DNA of 64,000 nucleotides, taken from Sulfolobales archaeon (GTDB lineage: Archaea; Thermoproteota; Thermoprotei_A; Sulfolobales; Desulfurococcaceae). Location of the stretch: NCBI GenBank assembly GCA_025059075.1, contig JANXDZ010000006.1, positions 1,169 to 65,168 on the forward strand, given 5' to 3'. Below are positions 1-9,570 of this stretch, in pieces. Positions within the stretch are counted from its first letter, which is position 1. Every line of letters starts with the position of its first letter. The notes under the pieces were generated by a model, which saw only the letters and a list, made by a program, of their open reading frames with translations, was not told the DNA's origin and made no database searches. Both the position numbers and the translations under genes were made by a program.

Positions 1-1132
1 TTTCAGCTAGTTTAGCTAAGTCGACATCTATTGCAAGAGGAACTCCTCTAACATGTATTTGAAGTATCTCAAGCCTACCCTGCTTATCTGGCAGTGGGAC
101 TTCTATCTCTCTATCGAATCTACCTGGCCTCCTTAAGGCTGGGTCAACAGCGCTAGGCCTATTTGTAGCTGCTATTACTATTACTTCACCCCTGCTCTCA
201 AGTCCATCCATTAAGGCTAGGAGCTGTGCAACAACTCTTCTCTCAACTTCCCCTATTACTTCATCCCTCTTTGGAGCAATGCTATCTACTTCATCTATGA
301 AGACTATTGCTGGAGCATTCTTTTTCGCCTGCTCAAATATTTCCCTAAGCTTTTGCTCGCTTTCACCGTAGAACTTACTCATGATTTCTGGGCCGTTGAC
401 TGCTATGAAGAACGCGTTGGTTTCATTAGCAACTGCTTTAGCTAAAAGTGTTTTACCACAGCCAGGTGGACCATATAGAAGTATTCCCTTAGGAGGCTCA
501 ATACCAAGCTTCTTAAATAGCTCGGGGAACTTTAATGGAAGCTCAACTATCTCCCTTATCTTCTGCTTCGCCTCCCCAAGATCTCCTATGTCCTCGTAAG
601 TCACTCTAGGTATTCCATATTCTTCAGTTGGCTTTTCCAATATCACTAAGTTAGTTGAGTCCTTTACTACAACTGGCCCCTTAGGCTTAGTGTATACTAC
701 TTTAAATGGAAGTTCTTGTCCAAGAGTATATATAGTGACTATGTCTCCCTCAATTAAAGGCCTCTCGAGAAGCCTTGCCTTAATGAATCTAACGAAGTTC
801 CTGTCTACAGTTGCTTGAAACCTCGATGGAGCTATCTTCACTATTGAAGCAACTGTAGCTGAAGCCTTAGCTACAGATACTCTTCCACCAATATCTACAC
901 CTGCATTTCTCCTAGCAGTTTTATCAAGCCTTATTATCCCCAGTCCTCTGTCTTCAGCTGATCCCTCTACAGCTCTTACAACAGTCTTTCTTCGTCCTTC
1001 AACTTCAACTACATCGCCACTAACTATCTCAAGGTCGCTCATGGCTAGTGGATCGAGTCTAGCAATGCCCTTGCCGGAGTCCTGTGGCTGTACATCAATT
1101 ACTCTAAGTATTAGCCTTTGTTTTACATGCAT
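1..1132 (-). CDS. cdc48: CDC48/VCP-like AAA+ ATPase (N-domain plus first ATPase domain); 3' part runs off the window edge
   Basis: Own minus-strand translation from ATG at 1132-1130 gives [28 protein letters not shown]... It continues with Walker [16 protein letters not shown], Walker [14 protein letters not shown], and [24 protein letters not shown]. It is absent from the ORF track because no stop lies inside the window. Confidence 0.9.
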   Translation of the reverse strand, partial: MHVKQRLILRVIDVQPQDSGKGIARLDPLAMSDLEIVSGDVVEVEGRRKTVVRAVEGSAEDRGLGIIRLDKTARRNAGVDIGGRVSVAKASATVASIVKIAPSRFQATVDRNFVRFIKARLLERPLIEGDIVTIYTLGQELPFKVVYTKPKGPVVVKDSTNLVILEKPTEEYGIPRVTYEDIGDLGEAKQKIREIVELPLKFPELFKKLGIEPPKGILLYGPPGCGKTLLAKAVANETNAFFIAVNGPEIMSKFYGESEQKLREIFEQAKKNAPAIVFIDEVDSIAPKRDEVIGEVERRVVAQLLALMDGLESRGEVIVIAATNRPSAVDPALRRPGRFDREIEVPLPDKQGRLEILQIHVRGVPLAIDVDLAKLAE

Positions 1133-1221
1133 AGTCAATTCATGCACCACTGATTAGTAATAGATTCTAACCCTTATTTTTACTAAAATTCCCCTTCTTT
1201 AAGCGAGCGTGCTTTAATTGC

Positions 1222-1497
1222 CTATAGGCTCACTCTATGAACTAATTCAACATCTACGTTACTCACTCCTTCAGTTGATGAAATAGCTGCTTCAATAGGC
1301 TCAGTTCCTCCCTCAGTTTCCTCAGGCATAGCTAAGTATAGCCTTAGGGCGTTTAAACCAAATGCAACTGGCTCTACATCATATCTCAGTAATTCAACTC
1401 CATAAGGCAAGTTGCTCTTTATCCTCTCCACAATTACCTCAGGCTCTAACTCAATGCTTTCAGGATATACTTTAACTACTACAAGTACTTTAGCCAT
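1222..1497 (-). CDS. translation elongation factor aEF-1 beta
   Basis: Track ORF 1222..1572. From the internal Met, MAKVLVVVKVYPESIELEPEVIVERIKSNLPYGVELLRYDVEPVAFGLNALRLYLAMPEE... gives about 91 aa with the archaeal EF-1beta pattern. The upstream 25 codons overlap the Zn-ribbon gene and are unlikely to be translated. Confidence 0.8.
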   Translation of the reverse strand: MAKVLVVVKVYPESIELEPEVIVERIKSNLPYGVELLRYDVEPVAFGLNALRLYLAMPEETEGGTEPIEAAISSTEGVSNVDVELVHRVSL

Positions 1498-1507
1498 TGC
1501 CTCTCCC

Positions 1508-1729
1508 TCAAGGACCCTCGAAGCCGCATACTGGGCATTTATATGGCACAGAGAGCTTGCGGCACTTCGCACATCTATAGATCATTATTGAACCACAGTT
1601 AGGGCATGGGAATGCAGCGCCAGGCTCCTCTGGATTCATTAACTTATGGCAGCTGCTGCACACCGGTGGAGTAGCTGGTTCAGCTATCGATAGCTTTAGT
1701 GAAGACTTCAAAGACACTTTAAACACCAT
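1508..1729 (-). CDS. small Zn-ribbon protein (COG2888-like, typically upstream of aEF-1beta)
   Basis: 73 aa with four Cys pairs: CSSC, CPNC, CAKC, CPVC. It is conserved next to EF-1beta in archaea. Confidence 0.6.
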   Translation of the reverse strand: MVFKVSLKSSLKLSIAEPATPPVCSSCHKLMNPEEPGAAFPCPNCGSIMIYRCAKCRKLSVPYKCPVCGFEGP

Positions 1730-1805
1730 TCCACTAACTATTCTTCATAAAGATGCTTACTCTTTATAAACTATTTGGTTTCTAACGAATACTAGTGAGG
1801 AAGCT

Positions 1806-2159
1806 ATGGAGTATAAGCAGGTAGTAGTTGTAAGAACTGACTTAGAAATGAGCAGAGGTAAAGCTGCTGTACAAGTAGCTCATGCAGCTGTCATAGCAGC
1901 GTTTGAAGCATTTAAGAGTAAAACAGAGTGGTTTAATGAGTGGTGGAGCAGTGGACAGAAGAAAGTAGTCTTAAGAGTTGATGGAGAAAGAGATTTAATT
2001 GAACTAGCTGAAAAAGCCTCACTACTAGGACTACCAGTAGGCATAGTTAAAGACGCTGGCTTAACAGAACTGCCTCCAGGAACTCTAACAGCAGTTGGAA
2101 TAGGGCCGGGGCCCTTAAGCCTAATTGATAAAGTCACGGGCGGGCTGAAGCTATATTGA
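1806..2159 (+). CDS. pth2: peptidyl-tRNA hydrolase, archaeal type (Pth2)
   Basis: 117 aa. [26 protein letters not shown] ... KKVVLRV ... [19 protein letters not shown] is the typical Pth2 pattern. Confidence 0.85.
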   Translation: MEYKQVVVVRTDLEMSRGKAAVQVAHAAVIAAFEAFKSKTEWFNEWWSSGQKKVVLRVDGERDLIELAEKASLLGLPVGIVKDAGLTELPPGTLTAVGIGPGPLSLIDKVTGGLKLY

Positions 2160-3286
2160 TAGAGTACTGCCATCCACTAGATAGAGTATGTGGCCTCAAG
2201 TACTGTTTAACTAAAAAGTACCTCAACTACCAGTTTAAGCCATCTCCAGAGAACTTCATTGTTGAAGAAGAAGTAGATCGCAGTTTACTCCAGTTGAGAA
2301 GCGAGAGAGCGAGGTATTTAGTGCTCCTAGTCAATAAGAAGGGCGTTGATACGCTATACGTAGCTAGAGAACTAGCTGATAAGTTTAACGTAAGTGTTGG
2401 AAGCATAAAGTTCCTCGGCCTTAAGGACAGGGATTCTCACTCAACTCAGTTCTTCTTCATTAATGACAGCGTAATTGACATCGATCTAAAGGTGGGAGAA
2501 GTTATTGCTGAATCAAATAAATATAGAGTTAAGGTAGTTGGCTATACAGACTTTAGGCCTACTCAAGAATTACTCATAGGGAACAAATTCAAGGTTTTAA
2601 TAGATGATGTAAGCTTGCTTAATGAAGTGAGGCAGCTTTTAAGTGAATTAACTAGTAAAGGCTTACCTGCCTACTATGGCTATCAAAGGTTTGGTACAAT
2701 AAGGTACAATACTCACTTACTTGGAAAATACTTAGTTAGAGGAGACTTAAGCTCGTTTATAAACGAATTAGCTTTCAGCATCTATCCAAGGGAATCCCTT
2801 GAGAGCATGAGCTCTAGAGTGGAGAGAGAGTTTAGCTTAAAGTCAAGGCTAGTATATGAAGCTAAGTTAATGAGGCTCGTTAAGAGAAGGGACTTGAGTA
2901 AAGCAACTAAGTTATTAGAGCGGCGCGTGAAGAGGCTGTTTATTGAAGCATACTTAGCCTTCCTATATAATAATGCTTTAAACAAATACATAAGTGTGCA
3001 TGGATTGACCAGTGATGGAGAGATCTGCGTAATGGGCGCTTTATGCACTAATGGAGTAGAATACTATGAAGATGTAGTGGCTATAGAGTCCCTGAATATA
3101 CATGAGTTAGCTAAGGCTCTAGGCAGCCTAGGTATAAGAGGCTGGCTGAGGAGAGTGCAAATGAAGTTGCTTGAACCAAAGGCCTATGTAGAGGGGGGCA
3201 AACTAGTTGTAGAGTTCCGCTTAACTAAAGGCATGTATGCATCAGTAGTGCTAAGGGAGTTATTTAAACACAATTATACTCCATAG
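2156..3286 (+). CDS. truD: tRNA pseudouridine synthase TruD/Pus7 family
   Basis: TTG start overlaps the pth2 stop by 4 nt. Motifs [13 protein letters not shown] (catalytic Asp region) and YYGYQRFG are present. Pth2-TruD adjacency is common in archaea. Confidence 0.8.
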   Translation: MIEYCHPLDRVCGLKYCLTKKYLNYQFKPSPENFIVEEEVDRSLLQLRSERARYLVLLVNKKGVDTLYVARELADKFNVSVGSIKFLGLKDRDSHSTQFFFINDSVIDIDLKVGEVIAESNKYRVKVVGYTDFRPTQELLIGNKFKVLIDDVSLLNEVRQLLSELTSKGLPAYYGYQRFGTIRYNTHLLGKYLVRGDLSSFINELAFSIYPRESLESMSSRVEREFSLKSRLVYEAKLMRLVKRRDLSKATKLLERRVKRLFIEAYLAFLYNNALNKYISVHGLTSDGEICVMGALCTNGVEYYEDVVAIESLNIHELAKALGSLGIRGWLRRVQMKLLEPKAYVEGGKLVVEFRLTKGMYASVVLRELFKHNYTP

Positions 3287-3298
3287 ATAGATTGGGGG

Positions 3299-4135
3299 CT
3301 AAAGCTCTCTTACTGCTTCTCCAATTATTGAGAGTCTTGGAACTGGGGGAGGAGCTCTCTTATGCCTACTCCTCCTATGCATATATAGAACTCTTAAAAC
3401 CATGTCTAGAGGTCTGCCTGTAGCTATGCTTGCCTCTTCAATGCTTAGCCCTAGATCCATTAATGCATAAAGTATTAGATCTATATCGCTATAGCTAAGC
3501 CCTAGTTCTTCTTCAGCATAGTGGTTTTTCCATAGGTGTGGAGCACTCTTCTTTTCAACAATTCTCTGCGGTAATTTAAGGTGTTTAGCAAGTCTTCTTA
3601 CTTGAGTCTTATAGAGACACCCTAGAGGTAGGAGGTCTGCAGCTCCATCACCATACTTAGTGAAGTACCCTAAGAGGAGCTCTGTCCTATCACTTGTACC
3701 TAAGACTAGGTAGTTGTTTTTATTAGCGTAGTAGTATAGAATGCTCATTCTAACTCTAGCCTTTAAATTACCTGTAGGCAGTCTATCGCTTAAGTCAATG
3801 AATGGAGCCACCTTTGAGTAAGCCTCAATTACTTCATTTATGAAGAACAGAGAGTAGTTTACGCTTAACTTAGATGCTATGTCTACAGCGTCTTCAACAT
3901 CTTCTACAGGAGTTACTCCATCCTCAGGCATTATCACTGCATAAACTCTCTCTGAACCAACTGCTTCAATAGCTAACTTGAGTAAAGTAGTGGAATCAAG
4001 TCCACCGCTTAACCCAATTACATACCCCCTGGAGTTAACTGAATCCATGAAGTTCTTTAGGAATAGGGATATTTCACCAGCTACTTTACTGTAATCAATA
4101 TTAAGTAGGTCCTCAATAGTTATGCGTGTATGCAT
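3299..4135 (-). CDS. nadE: NH3-dependent NAD+ synthetase
   Basis: PP-loop GLSGGLDSTT, and GTSDRTELLLGYFTKYGDGAADLLPLG typical of NadE. Confidence 0.85.
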   Translation of the reverse strand: MHTRITIEDLLNIDYSKVAGEISLFLKNFMDSVNSRGYVIGLSGGLDSTTLLKLAIEAVGSERVYAVIMPEDGVTPVEDVEDAVDIASKLSVNYSLFFINEVIEAYSKVAPFIDLSDRLPTGNLKARVRMSILYYYANKNNYLVLGTSDRTELLLGYFTKYGDGAADLLPLGCLYKTQVRRLAKHLKLPQRIVEKKSAPHLWKNHYAEEELGLSYSDIDLILYALMDLGLSIEEASIATGRPLDMVLRVLYMHRRSRHKRAPPPVPRLSIIGEAVREL

Positions 4136-4269
4136 AACTCAACACTTCCCTCTATAACATAGTGGGAAGCAGCAATTAAGCTTTGAAACAGTGGTTACTA
4201 CAATACTTATACATCCACAGTCATTAACTTTAATAGGGATCCTTAATAATTACAATATAGTTGGCATAA

Positions 4270-5082
4270 GTGGTATCTATGAGCGATAGCGAAATAAAGT
4301 CAAAGATCCACGACATAGTGAGGTATTTCGCATACGTGCTAAGATACGAGGATCGTCTAGTGCCTCTATTCGAGGAGAGTGCTCCAGAACATGTAGAGCT
4401 TTCTCCAGTAAGGCTCTCTACAGAGGGTAGGAGGCTGTATGGATTAAAAGTCTTAGTTGACTGGAGGTATGCTGGCCAAGTAATTCACTATGCAGCGAAA
4501 GAACTCTCTGAAGAATTACAAATAGTTGAGTCACATACATCAACTACATTAGATAACAAAGCATTAATAGCTCTAATAGTGTCATCTACTGGAGAAACCT
4601 GTGTCTGGAGCCTTCTAAAAAAGATCTCTAGAATTAGTGGAGTTAACATTGTAGAGTTAGCAAAGCTAAGTGATGGCAGTGAAGTATACGTTAATCAATT
4701 GTTCTTTCCTCTAAAGCTATTTGGAAGAAAGCTAGCAGTAGTGCCTACAGCATTCATTACTGCATACTTAAAGCAAAAGGATACTCTAGAGCTAATGGAG
4801 TTTGGAGCATTGCTTGCAGGCAGCTTGCTTAAAATAATGCGTTTAGACAGGATCTCGCTTAATACAGCTGGAGAGCTATTAAGAGCACTAGGCTTTGCAG
4901 ACTACGTTTCTATACGTAGTGAAACCAGTGGAGTTACAGTAATTGATTTAAGGGAGAGGAATACTGATGAAAAGCTATGCTTCTTCTACTCAGTCATAGT
5001 AAGTCACCTATGTGAAGTAGAAGCTAAGAGCGTATTTCGCGAAGGAACTTGCTCAATAAGCGCTAGGCTTCGGACTACTTGA
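4270..5082 (+). CDS. hypothetical protein (270 aa), no family recognised
   Basis: Long ORF filling the gap between nadE and deoC. Its 3' end overlaps the deoC 3' end convergently by 30 nt. Confidence 0.5.
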   Translation: MVSMSDSEIKSKIHDIVRYFAYVLRYEDRLVPLFEESAPEHVELSPVRLSTEGRRLYGLKVLVDWRYAGQVIHYAAKELSEELQIVESHTSTTLDNKALIALIVSSTGETCVWSLLKKISRISGVNIVELAKLSDGSEVYVNQLFFPLKLFGRKLAVVPTAFITAYLKQKDTLELMEFGALLAGSLLKIMRLDRISLNTAGELLRALGFADYVSIRSETSGVTVIDLRERNTDEKLCFFYSVIVSHLCEVEAKSVFREGTCSISARLRTT

Positions 5083-5790
5083 CTCCTTTAACTTAACGAA
5101 CTCTCCATATATTGCATCTCCAGTGCTAGTACCTATTCTTGATGCTCCTGCTGCTATAAGTGCTAGTGCATCTAGAGCGTGTCTAATTCCTCCTGATGCC
5201 TTCACCTTCACTCTTCCTCTAGACGTCTTGTAAAGTAATGCTACGTCATGTACTGTTGCACCTGTTCCTAGAAAGCCTGTGCTTGTCTTCACGTAATCAG
5301 CTCCAGCTTTAACCACTAGCTCTGTTGCTATAGACTTTTCTTCATCAGTTAAGAGCCCTGTTTCTATAATTACTTTGACTACAGATACCCCGAGCTCCTT
5401 TGACTCCTTTACAACATCCTCTATATCCTTCACTACATAGTTTAAAAAGCCTGACTTAAGGAAGTTAATGTTCATCACCATGTCTATCTCACTTACTCCA
5501 CTGGCAGCCAGCTCTCTGGCTTCCAATACCTTGATCTTGGTGATTGTATTTCCAAATGGGAATCCAACTACTGAAGCTATTCTCACTGTTCCTCCAGCTA
5601 TTTCCCGCGCTTTCTCCACTAGGGATGGCGGGACTACTATGCATGCAAATCCACACTGCCTTACATCATTAATGTACTTCTCAAGCTCCTTGAATGATGC
5701 TTGAGGCTTCAGAAGAGTATGATCTATCATTGAAGCAAACTCTCTTACAGAGATCTTATTTAAAAGATCTATATATGGAGAGAGCTCCAT
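5053..5790 (-). CDS. deoC: deoxyribose-phosphate aldolase
   Basis: MIDHTLLKP, VKVIIETGLL, ADYVKTSTGF (Schiff-base Lys region), VKASGGIR. Confidence 0.85.
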   Translation of the reverse strand: MELSPYIDLLNKISVREFASMIDHTLLKPQASFKELEKYINDVRQCGFACIVVPPSLVEKAREIAGGTVRIASVVGFPFGNTITKIKVLEARELAASGVSEIDMVMNINFLKSGFLNYVVKDIEDVVKESKELGVSVVKVIIETGLLTDEEKSIATELVVKAGADYVKTSTGFLGTGATVHDVALLYKTSRGRVKVKASGGIRHALDALALIAAGASRIGTSTGDAIYGEFVKLKESSSPKPSAY

Positions 5791-5893
5791 TTCCTACCCC
5801 TCGCTTTATACTGCATTCAAGTATTTAAGGCTCTTTAATTAATGTACTTAGAGCCGTTGAGCACACTAACTCCTAACACTGGGGCTCTGTGAA

Positions 5894-6925
5894 ATGCATA
5901 TAGAGTTACATCATGGAGCTGGTTCAAGGGAGATGTGGGAGCTTTTAAATAAGTTAATAGTTTCCAAAGTACCAAGGGATCTAATGAAGACTCCGGGTGG
6001 TTATGGAATAGATGCATTAGATGATGGAGCTGTAGTGAAAGTTGGCGAACACTACGTAGTCTTAACAGTTGATACATATACTGTTAACCCAATATTCTTT
6101 GAAGGAGGAGACATAGGGAAGCTGGCTGTATCTGGAACACTTAACGACGTAGTAATGATGGGCGCAAGGCCCATAGCATTCATGGACACTATAGTAGTTG
6201 AAGAGGGCTTTGAAATCCCTCTTCTCGAAGAAATAGTTGAGTCAATGACTACTTTGTTAAAGGAGGAAGGAGTGCCTTTAATAGGGGGAGATTTTAAAGT
6301 AATGCCTAGAGGAAGCATAGATAAAATCACTATTACTGGAGTAGGAATAGGATTAACTAAGAAGCCGGTAATTGATGTAAACATAGAGCCAGGCGACGTA
6401 ATTATTGTAACAGCGCCTATAGCAGAACACGGTGCAGTAATACTTGCCCATCAACTAGGGTTAAGTAAAGAGATCATGGGTCTTAAAAGCGATCTAAGGC
6501 CTCTTACAAGAACTATTCTACCAGTAATTGAGAGGTATGTGAATGGAGTTCATGCAGCAAGAGATCCAACTAGAGGTGGATTAGCAGCTATACTCAGCGA
6601 GTGGGCTGAGTCAACTAGGTTAACTATACTCATAGATAGATCTAGGGTTCCTATGAGAAGTGAGGTAAGGGACTTCCTGGAAGCCATGGGTATAGATCCA
6701 TTGAATGTTGCATCAGAGGGGGTAGCTGTACTAGCTGTTGAAAGATCTATAGCAGAGGAAGTCTTAAACGATCTAAGGAGGTTTGGAGAAGTCCATGCTT
6801 CAATGATTGGCGAAGTAGTTAAACCAAGTAATCCAATAGTTAGAGGGAAAGTAGTAGCTCTAACTGAAGTAGGGGGAAGGACTATAGTTGAAGCTAAGTC
6901 AATAAATCTGCCTAGAATATGTTAA
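5894..6925 (+). CDS. hypE: hydrogenase maturation protein HypE
   Basis: AIR-synthase-like fold pattern (DDGAVV, GGDFKV). The C-terminal PRIC ends at the last residue, which is the HypE carrier Cys motif. Confidence 0.9.
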   Translation: MHIELHHGAGSREMWELLNKLIVSKVPRDLMKTPGGYGIDALDDGAVVKVGEHYVVLTVDTYTVNPIFFEGGDIGKLAVSGTLNDVVMMGARPIAFMDTIVVEEGFEIPLLEEIVESMTTLLKEEGVPLIGGDFKVMPRGSIDKITITGVGIGLTKKPVIDVNIEPGDVIIVTAPIAEHGAVILAHQLGLSKEIMGLKSDLRPLTRTILPVIERYVNGVHAARDPTRGGLAAILSEWAESTRLTILIDRSRVPMRSEVRDFLEAMGIDPLNVASEGVAVLAVERSIAEEVLNDLRRFGEVHASMIGEVVKPSNPIVRGKVVALTEVGGRTIVEAKSINLPRIC

Positions 6926-6937
6926 TTAGTGATGTAT

Positions 6938-7177
6938 ATGTGCCTAGGAGTCCCTGCAAGAGTATTAAATGTAGAGAGTAAAGGAGGCTTAAGCATCGCT
7001 AAAGTATCCATTGGAGGAATAGTGAAAGAAGTAATCAATGCATCTAGTGAACCTATTGCTCCAGGAGACTACGTCATTGTACACGCTGGAATGGCTATAT
7101 CTAAAATAGATGAGGGGGAAGTAGAGGCTATATTCAAGATCTGGGGGGAAGTAGAGAAAGTAATTGAATCATCCTAG
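6938..7177 (+). CDS. hypC: hydrogenase assembly chaperone HypC
   Basis: Track ORF starts at 6929 (MMYMCLGVP). HypC needs Cys directly after the initiator Met, so ATG at 6938 (MCLGVPARV...) is the likely start. Confidence 0.85.
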   Translation: MCLGVPARVLNVESKGGLSIAKVSIGGIVKEVINASSEPIAPGDYVIVHAGMAISKIDEGEVEAIFKIWGEVEKVIESS

Positions 7178-7185
7178 GTGCCTCC

Positions 7186-9513
7186 ATGAAGGCTCTAAAA
7201 CTTGTGATCACTGGTATAGTCCAAGGAGTAGGCTTTAGGCCATTCATACATAGAATCGCCGTTAGACATAACCTAAAGGGCTATGTAAAGAACTCAGGAG
7301 GATCTGAAGTAGAGGTGTGGATTGAGGGAGAATGCAAGGACTTATCTAAGTTCATTAAGGAGCTATACCTCCAGAAGCCTCCTCCAGCAATACTGGAGGA
7401 AGTAGAAGTATATCCACAAGAGCCCCTGGGCTTTAAGGAATTCTACATACTAAAGAGCAGCACTATAAAGGAGAAGCACTCAATGATACCTCCTGACTTC
7501 AGCATATGCAGTGAGTGTTTAAGCGAAATACTTGATCCAAGCAATAGGAGGTATAGGTATCCATTTAACTCATGTGCTTGGTGCGGCCCCAGATTCTCAA
7601 TGATCTATAGAGCACCTTACGATAGGGACAATACATCGATGGCTAAGTACAAGCTATGCAGTAAGTGCGCTAAGGAATACAGCGATATTAATAACGTGAG
7701 GAGGCATCATGCCCAGGGGGTAAGTTGTCATGAGGATGGTCCTAGACTGTGGCTCACCGATAGAAGCGGCAGTAAAGTGGAGACTAAAGACCCATTGTTG
7801 GAAGCAGCAAAGATCATTGATGAAGGGTGCATAGTGGCTGTAAAGGGTCTTGGCGGATATCATTTAGCTGCGCTAGCAAGTAGTGATGAAGTTGTATTAA
7901 AGCTTAGGAGTAGGAAGAATAGACCTAGGAAGCCTTTCGCAATCATGGCCCTCGATAAAGCTGTTTTAGATAAACTAGTCTACTTAGATGAGGACTCGCT
8001 GAAGTTATTAGAATCACCAGCTAAACCCATAGCCTTACTTCTAAAGAAGCCTGATACTCCTGCCTCTAAGTATGTATCGCCAGGGCTTTGTTTTGAAGGA
8101 GTACTCCTCCCATACACTGGGCTTCACTACTTAATGCTCCTTGAGACTAAGGATAAGTTTCTAATAATGACTAGTGGAAATGCGCATGGAAAGCCCATGT
8201 GCATTGATGAAGAGTGTGCTTATAGAGATCTAGGTAGAATAGCTGATTACTTCCTAGTACACGATAGGGAAATAGTGAATAGAGTTGACGACTCTGTAAT
8301 CAGGTTCACAAATGGAAGGCCTGTTATGCTTAGGAGAGGGCGTGGATATGCACCCCTATGGATAAAAGTACCGTTTAACTTAAGGAAGAACTACATAGCC
8401 TTAGGCGCAGATCTCCAGACTGCTGGAGCAGTAGGCTTCAGCAATAAGATAGTTTTTACACAATATATAGGGGATGTAGATGACTTAGATGTACTCCTAG
8501 ACTTAGATAAGTATTTAGGCTTTCTTGCTAAAAACTATGGAGTAAACTTTAGTGAAGTAGAAGTAGTTGTAGATAAACACCCACTCTATGCTTCACACCT
8601 ACTTGCAGCAAGCTATAAGGAGACCTATGGCTGCAGCATAGTTGAAGTACAACATCACTTAGCACACGTGCTTGCAGTAGCCTTTGAACAAGGATTGATT
8701 GAAGACTTCATCGGTATAGCAATTGATGGAGCTGGATATGGAAATGATGGAGCTATATGGGGTGGAGAAGTGTTAGAAGTGTATTTGAGTGAAAGAACCT
8801 ATAGGAGGGCTGGACACTTAGAGTACCAGCCTCTGGATAGCGATAGAACAGTGTACTATCCAATAAGGTTCTTCATATCAGTTCTAGCTAGAGAACTTGG
8901 ATCCAGTGAAGCCCTAAAGACTTCAATAAAGTATGGATTATATGAACTGGTACCCGGTGGATTAACGGAGATCAAGGCTTTGCTTAAGGCAATAGAAATG
9001 AGGAAGTATTCGCTGACTTCAAGTATGGGCAGAGTACTTGATGGAGCATCAGCTTTTCTAAATATATCTACTCAGAGGAGTTATGAAGGGGAGCCAGCAA
9101 TACTCCTTGAATCTGCAGCAAGAGGGGGGAGGGTAGTGGAGGGAATTAATGATCTAGAAATAGTTAAATCAGAGGGAGGCCTTGTAATAAAGACTACAGG
9201 CATTTACTTAGACTTAGTAGATAACATTAAAAAGCACTCTATAGAGGACTTGGCATATACAGTGCAGTACATTCTTGGCAGAGGGTTAGGGGAGGCTGCA
9301 CTAGCTTCACTTAAGGGCAGGAGATTATCAAACTCTATAGTTATAAGCGGTGGTGCAGCTGTCAATGAAGTAATAGTTAAAGGCATTAGGGATGTACTTG
9401 TAGAGAGCGGTGTAGACATCCTTTTGCCTAAGAGAATTCCCCCAAATGATGGAGGGATAGCCCTTGGCCAAATAATTGCAGCTGATCTAGCTTTAAAACC
9501 CTATAGTTTATAG
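7186..9513 (+). CDS. hypF: carbamoyltransferase HypF
   Basis: N-terminal acylphosphatase VQGVGFRPF. Zn-finger pairs CSECLSE/CAWCGPRFS and CSKCAKEY. YrdC-like GLGGYHLA. Kae1-like C-terminal half. 775 aa. Confidence 0.9.
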   Translation: MKALKLVITGIVQGVGFRPFIHRIAVRHNLKGYVKNSGGSEVEVWIEGECKDLSKFIKELYLQKPPPAILEEVEVYPQEPLGFKEFYILKSSTIKEKHSMIPPDFSICSECLSEILDPSNRRYRYPFNSCAWCGPRFSMIYRAPYDRDNTSMAKYKLCSKCAKEYSDINNVRRHHAQGVSCHEDGPRLWLTDRSGSKVETKDPLLEAAKIIDEGCIVAVKGLGGYHLAALASSDEVVLKLRSRKNRPRKPFAIMALDKAVLDKLVYLDEDSLKLLESPAKPIALLLKKPDTPASKYVSPGLCFEGVLLPYTGLHYLMLLETKDKFLIMTSGNAHGKPMCIDEECAYRDLGRIADYFLVHDREIVNRVDDSVIRFTNGRPVMLRRGRGYAPLWIKVPFNLRKNYIALGADLQTAGAVGFSNKIVFTQYIGDVDDLDVLLDLDKYLGFLAKNYGVNFSEVEVVVDKHPLYASHLLAASYKETYGCSIVEVQHHLAHVLAVAFEQGLIEDFIGIAIDGAGYGNDGAIWGGEVLEVYLSERTYRRAGHLEYQPLDSDRTVYYPIRFFISVLARELGSSEALKTSIKYGLYELVPGGLTEIKALLKAIEMRKYSLTSSMGRVLDGASAFLNISTQRSYEGEPAILLESAARGGRVVEGINDLEIVKSEGGLVIKTTGIYLDLVDNIKKHSIEDLAYTVQYILGRGLGEAALASLKGRRLSNSIVISGGAAVNEVIVKGIRDVLVESGVDILLPKRIPPNDGGIALGQIIAADLALKPYSL

Positions 9514-9570
9514 CTAACTAACTCACTATATTTAAGGCGAAATGAGATAGACTTAAAGAAGGTTGAGTTT

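Noticed and set aside
381-599. 72-aa plus-strand ORF from the track
   Set aside because: It lies entirely antisense to the Walker A/B region of the strongly supported CDC48 gene. Its Ser/Pro/Leu-rich composition is typical of a shadow ORF.
1880-9419. Track ORFs 1880..2173, 2782..3048, 5468..5704, 5835..6077, 6052..6384, 7654..7863 and 9204..9419
   Set aside because: All are antisense shadows inside pth2, truD, deoC, hypE or hypF, with no motifs. 5835..6077 overlaps the hypE start and has no support of its own.
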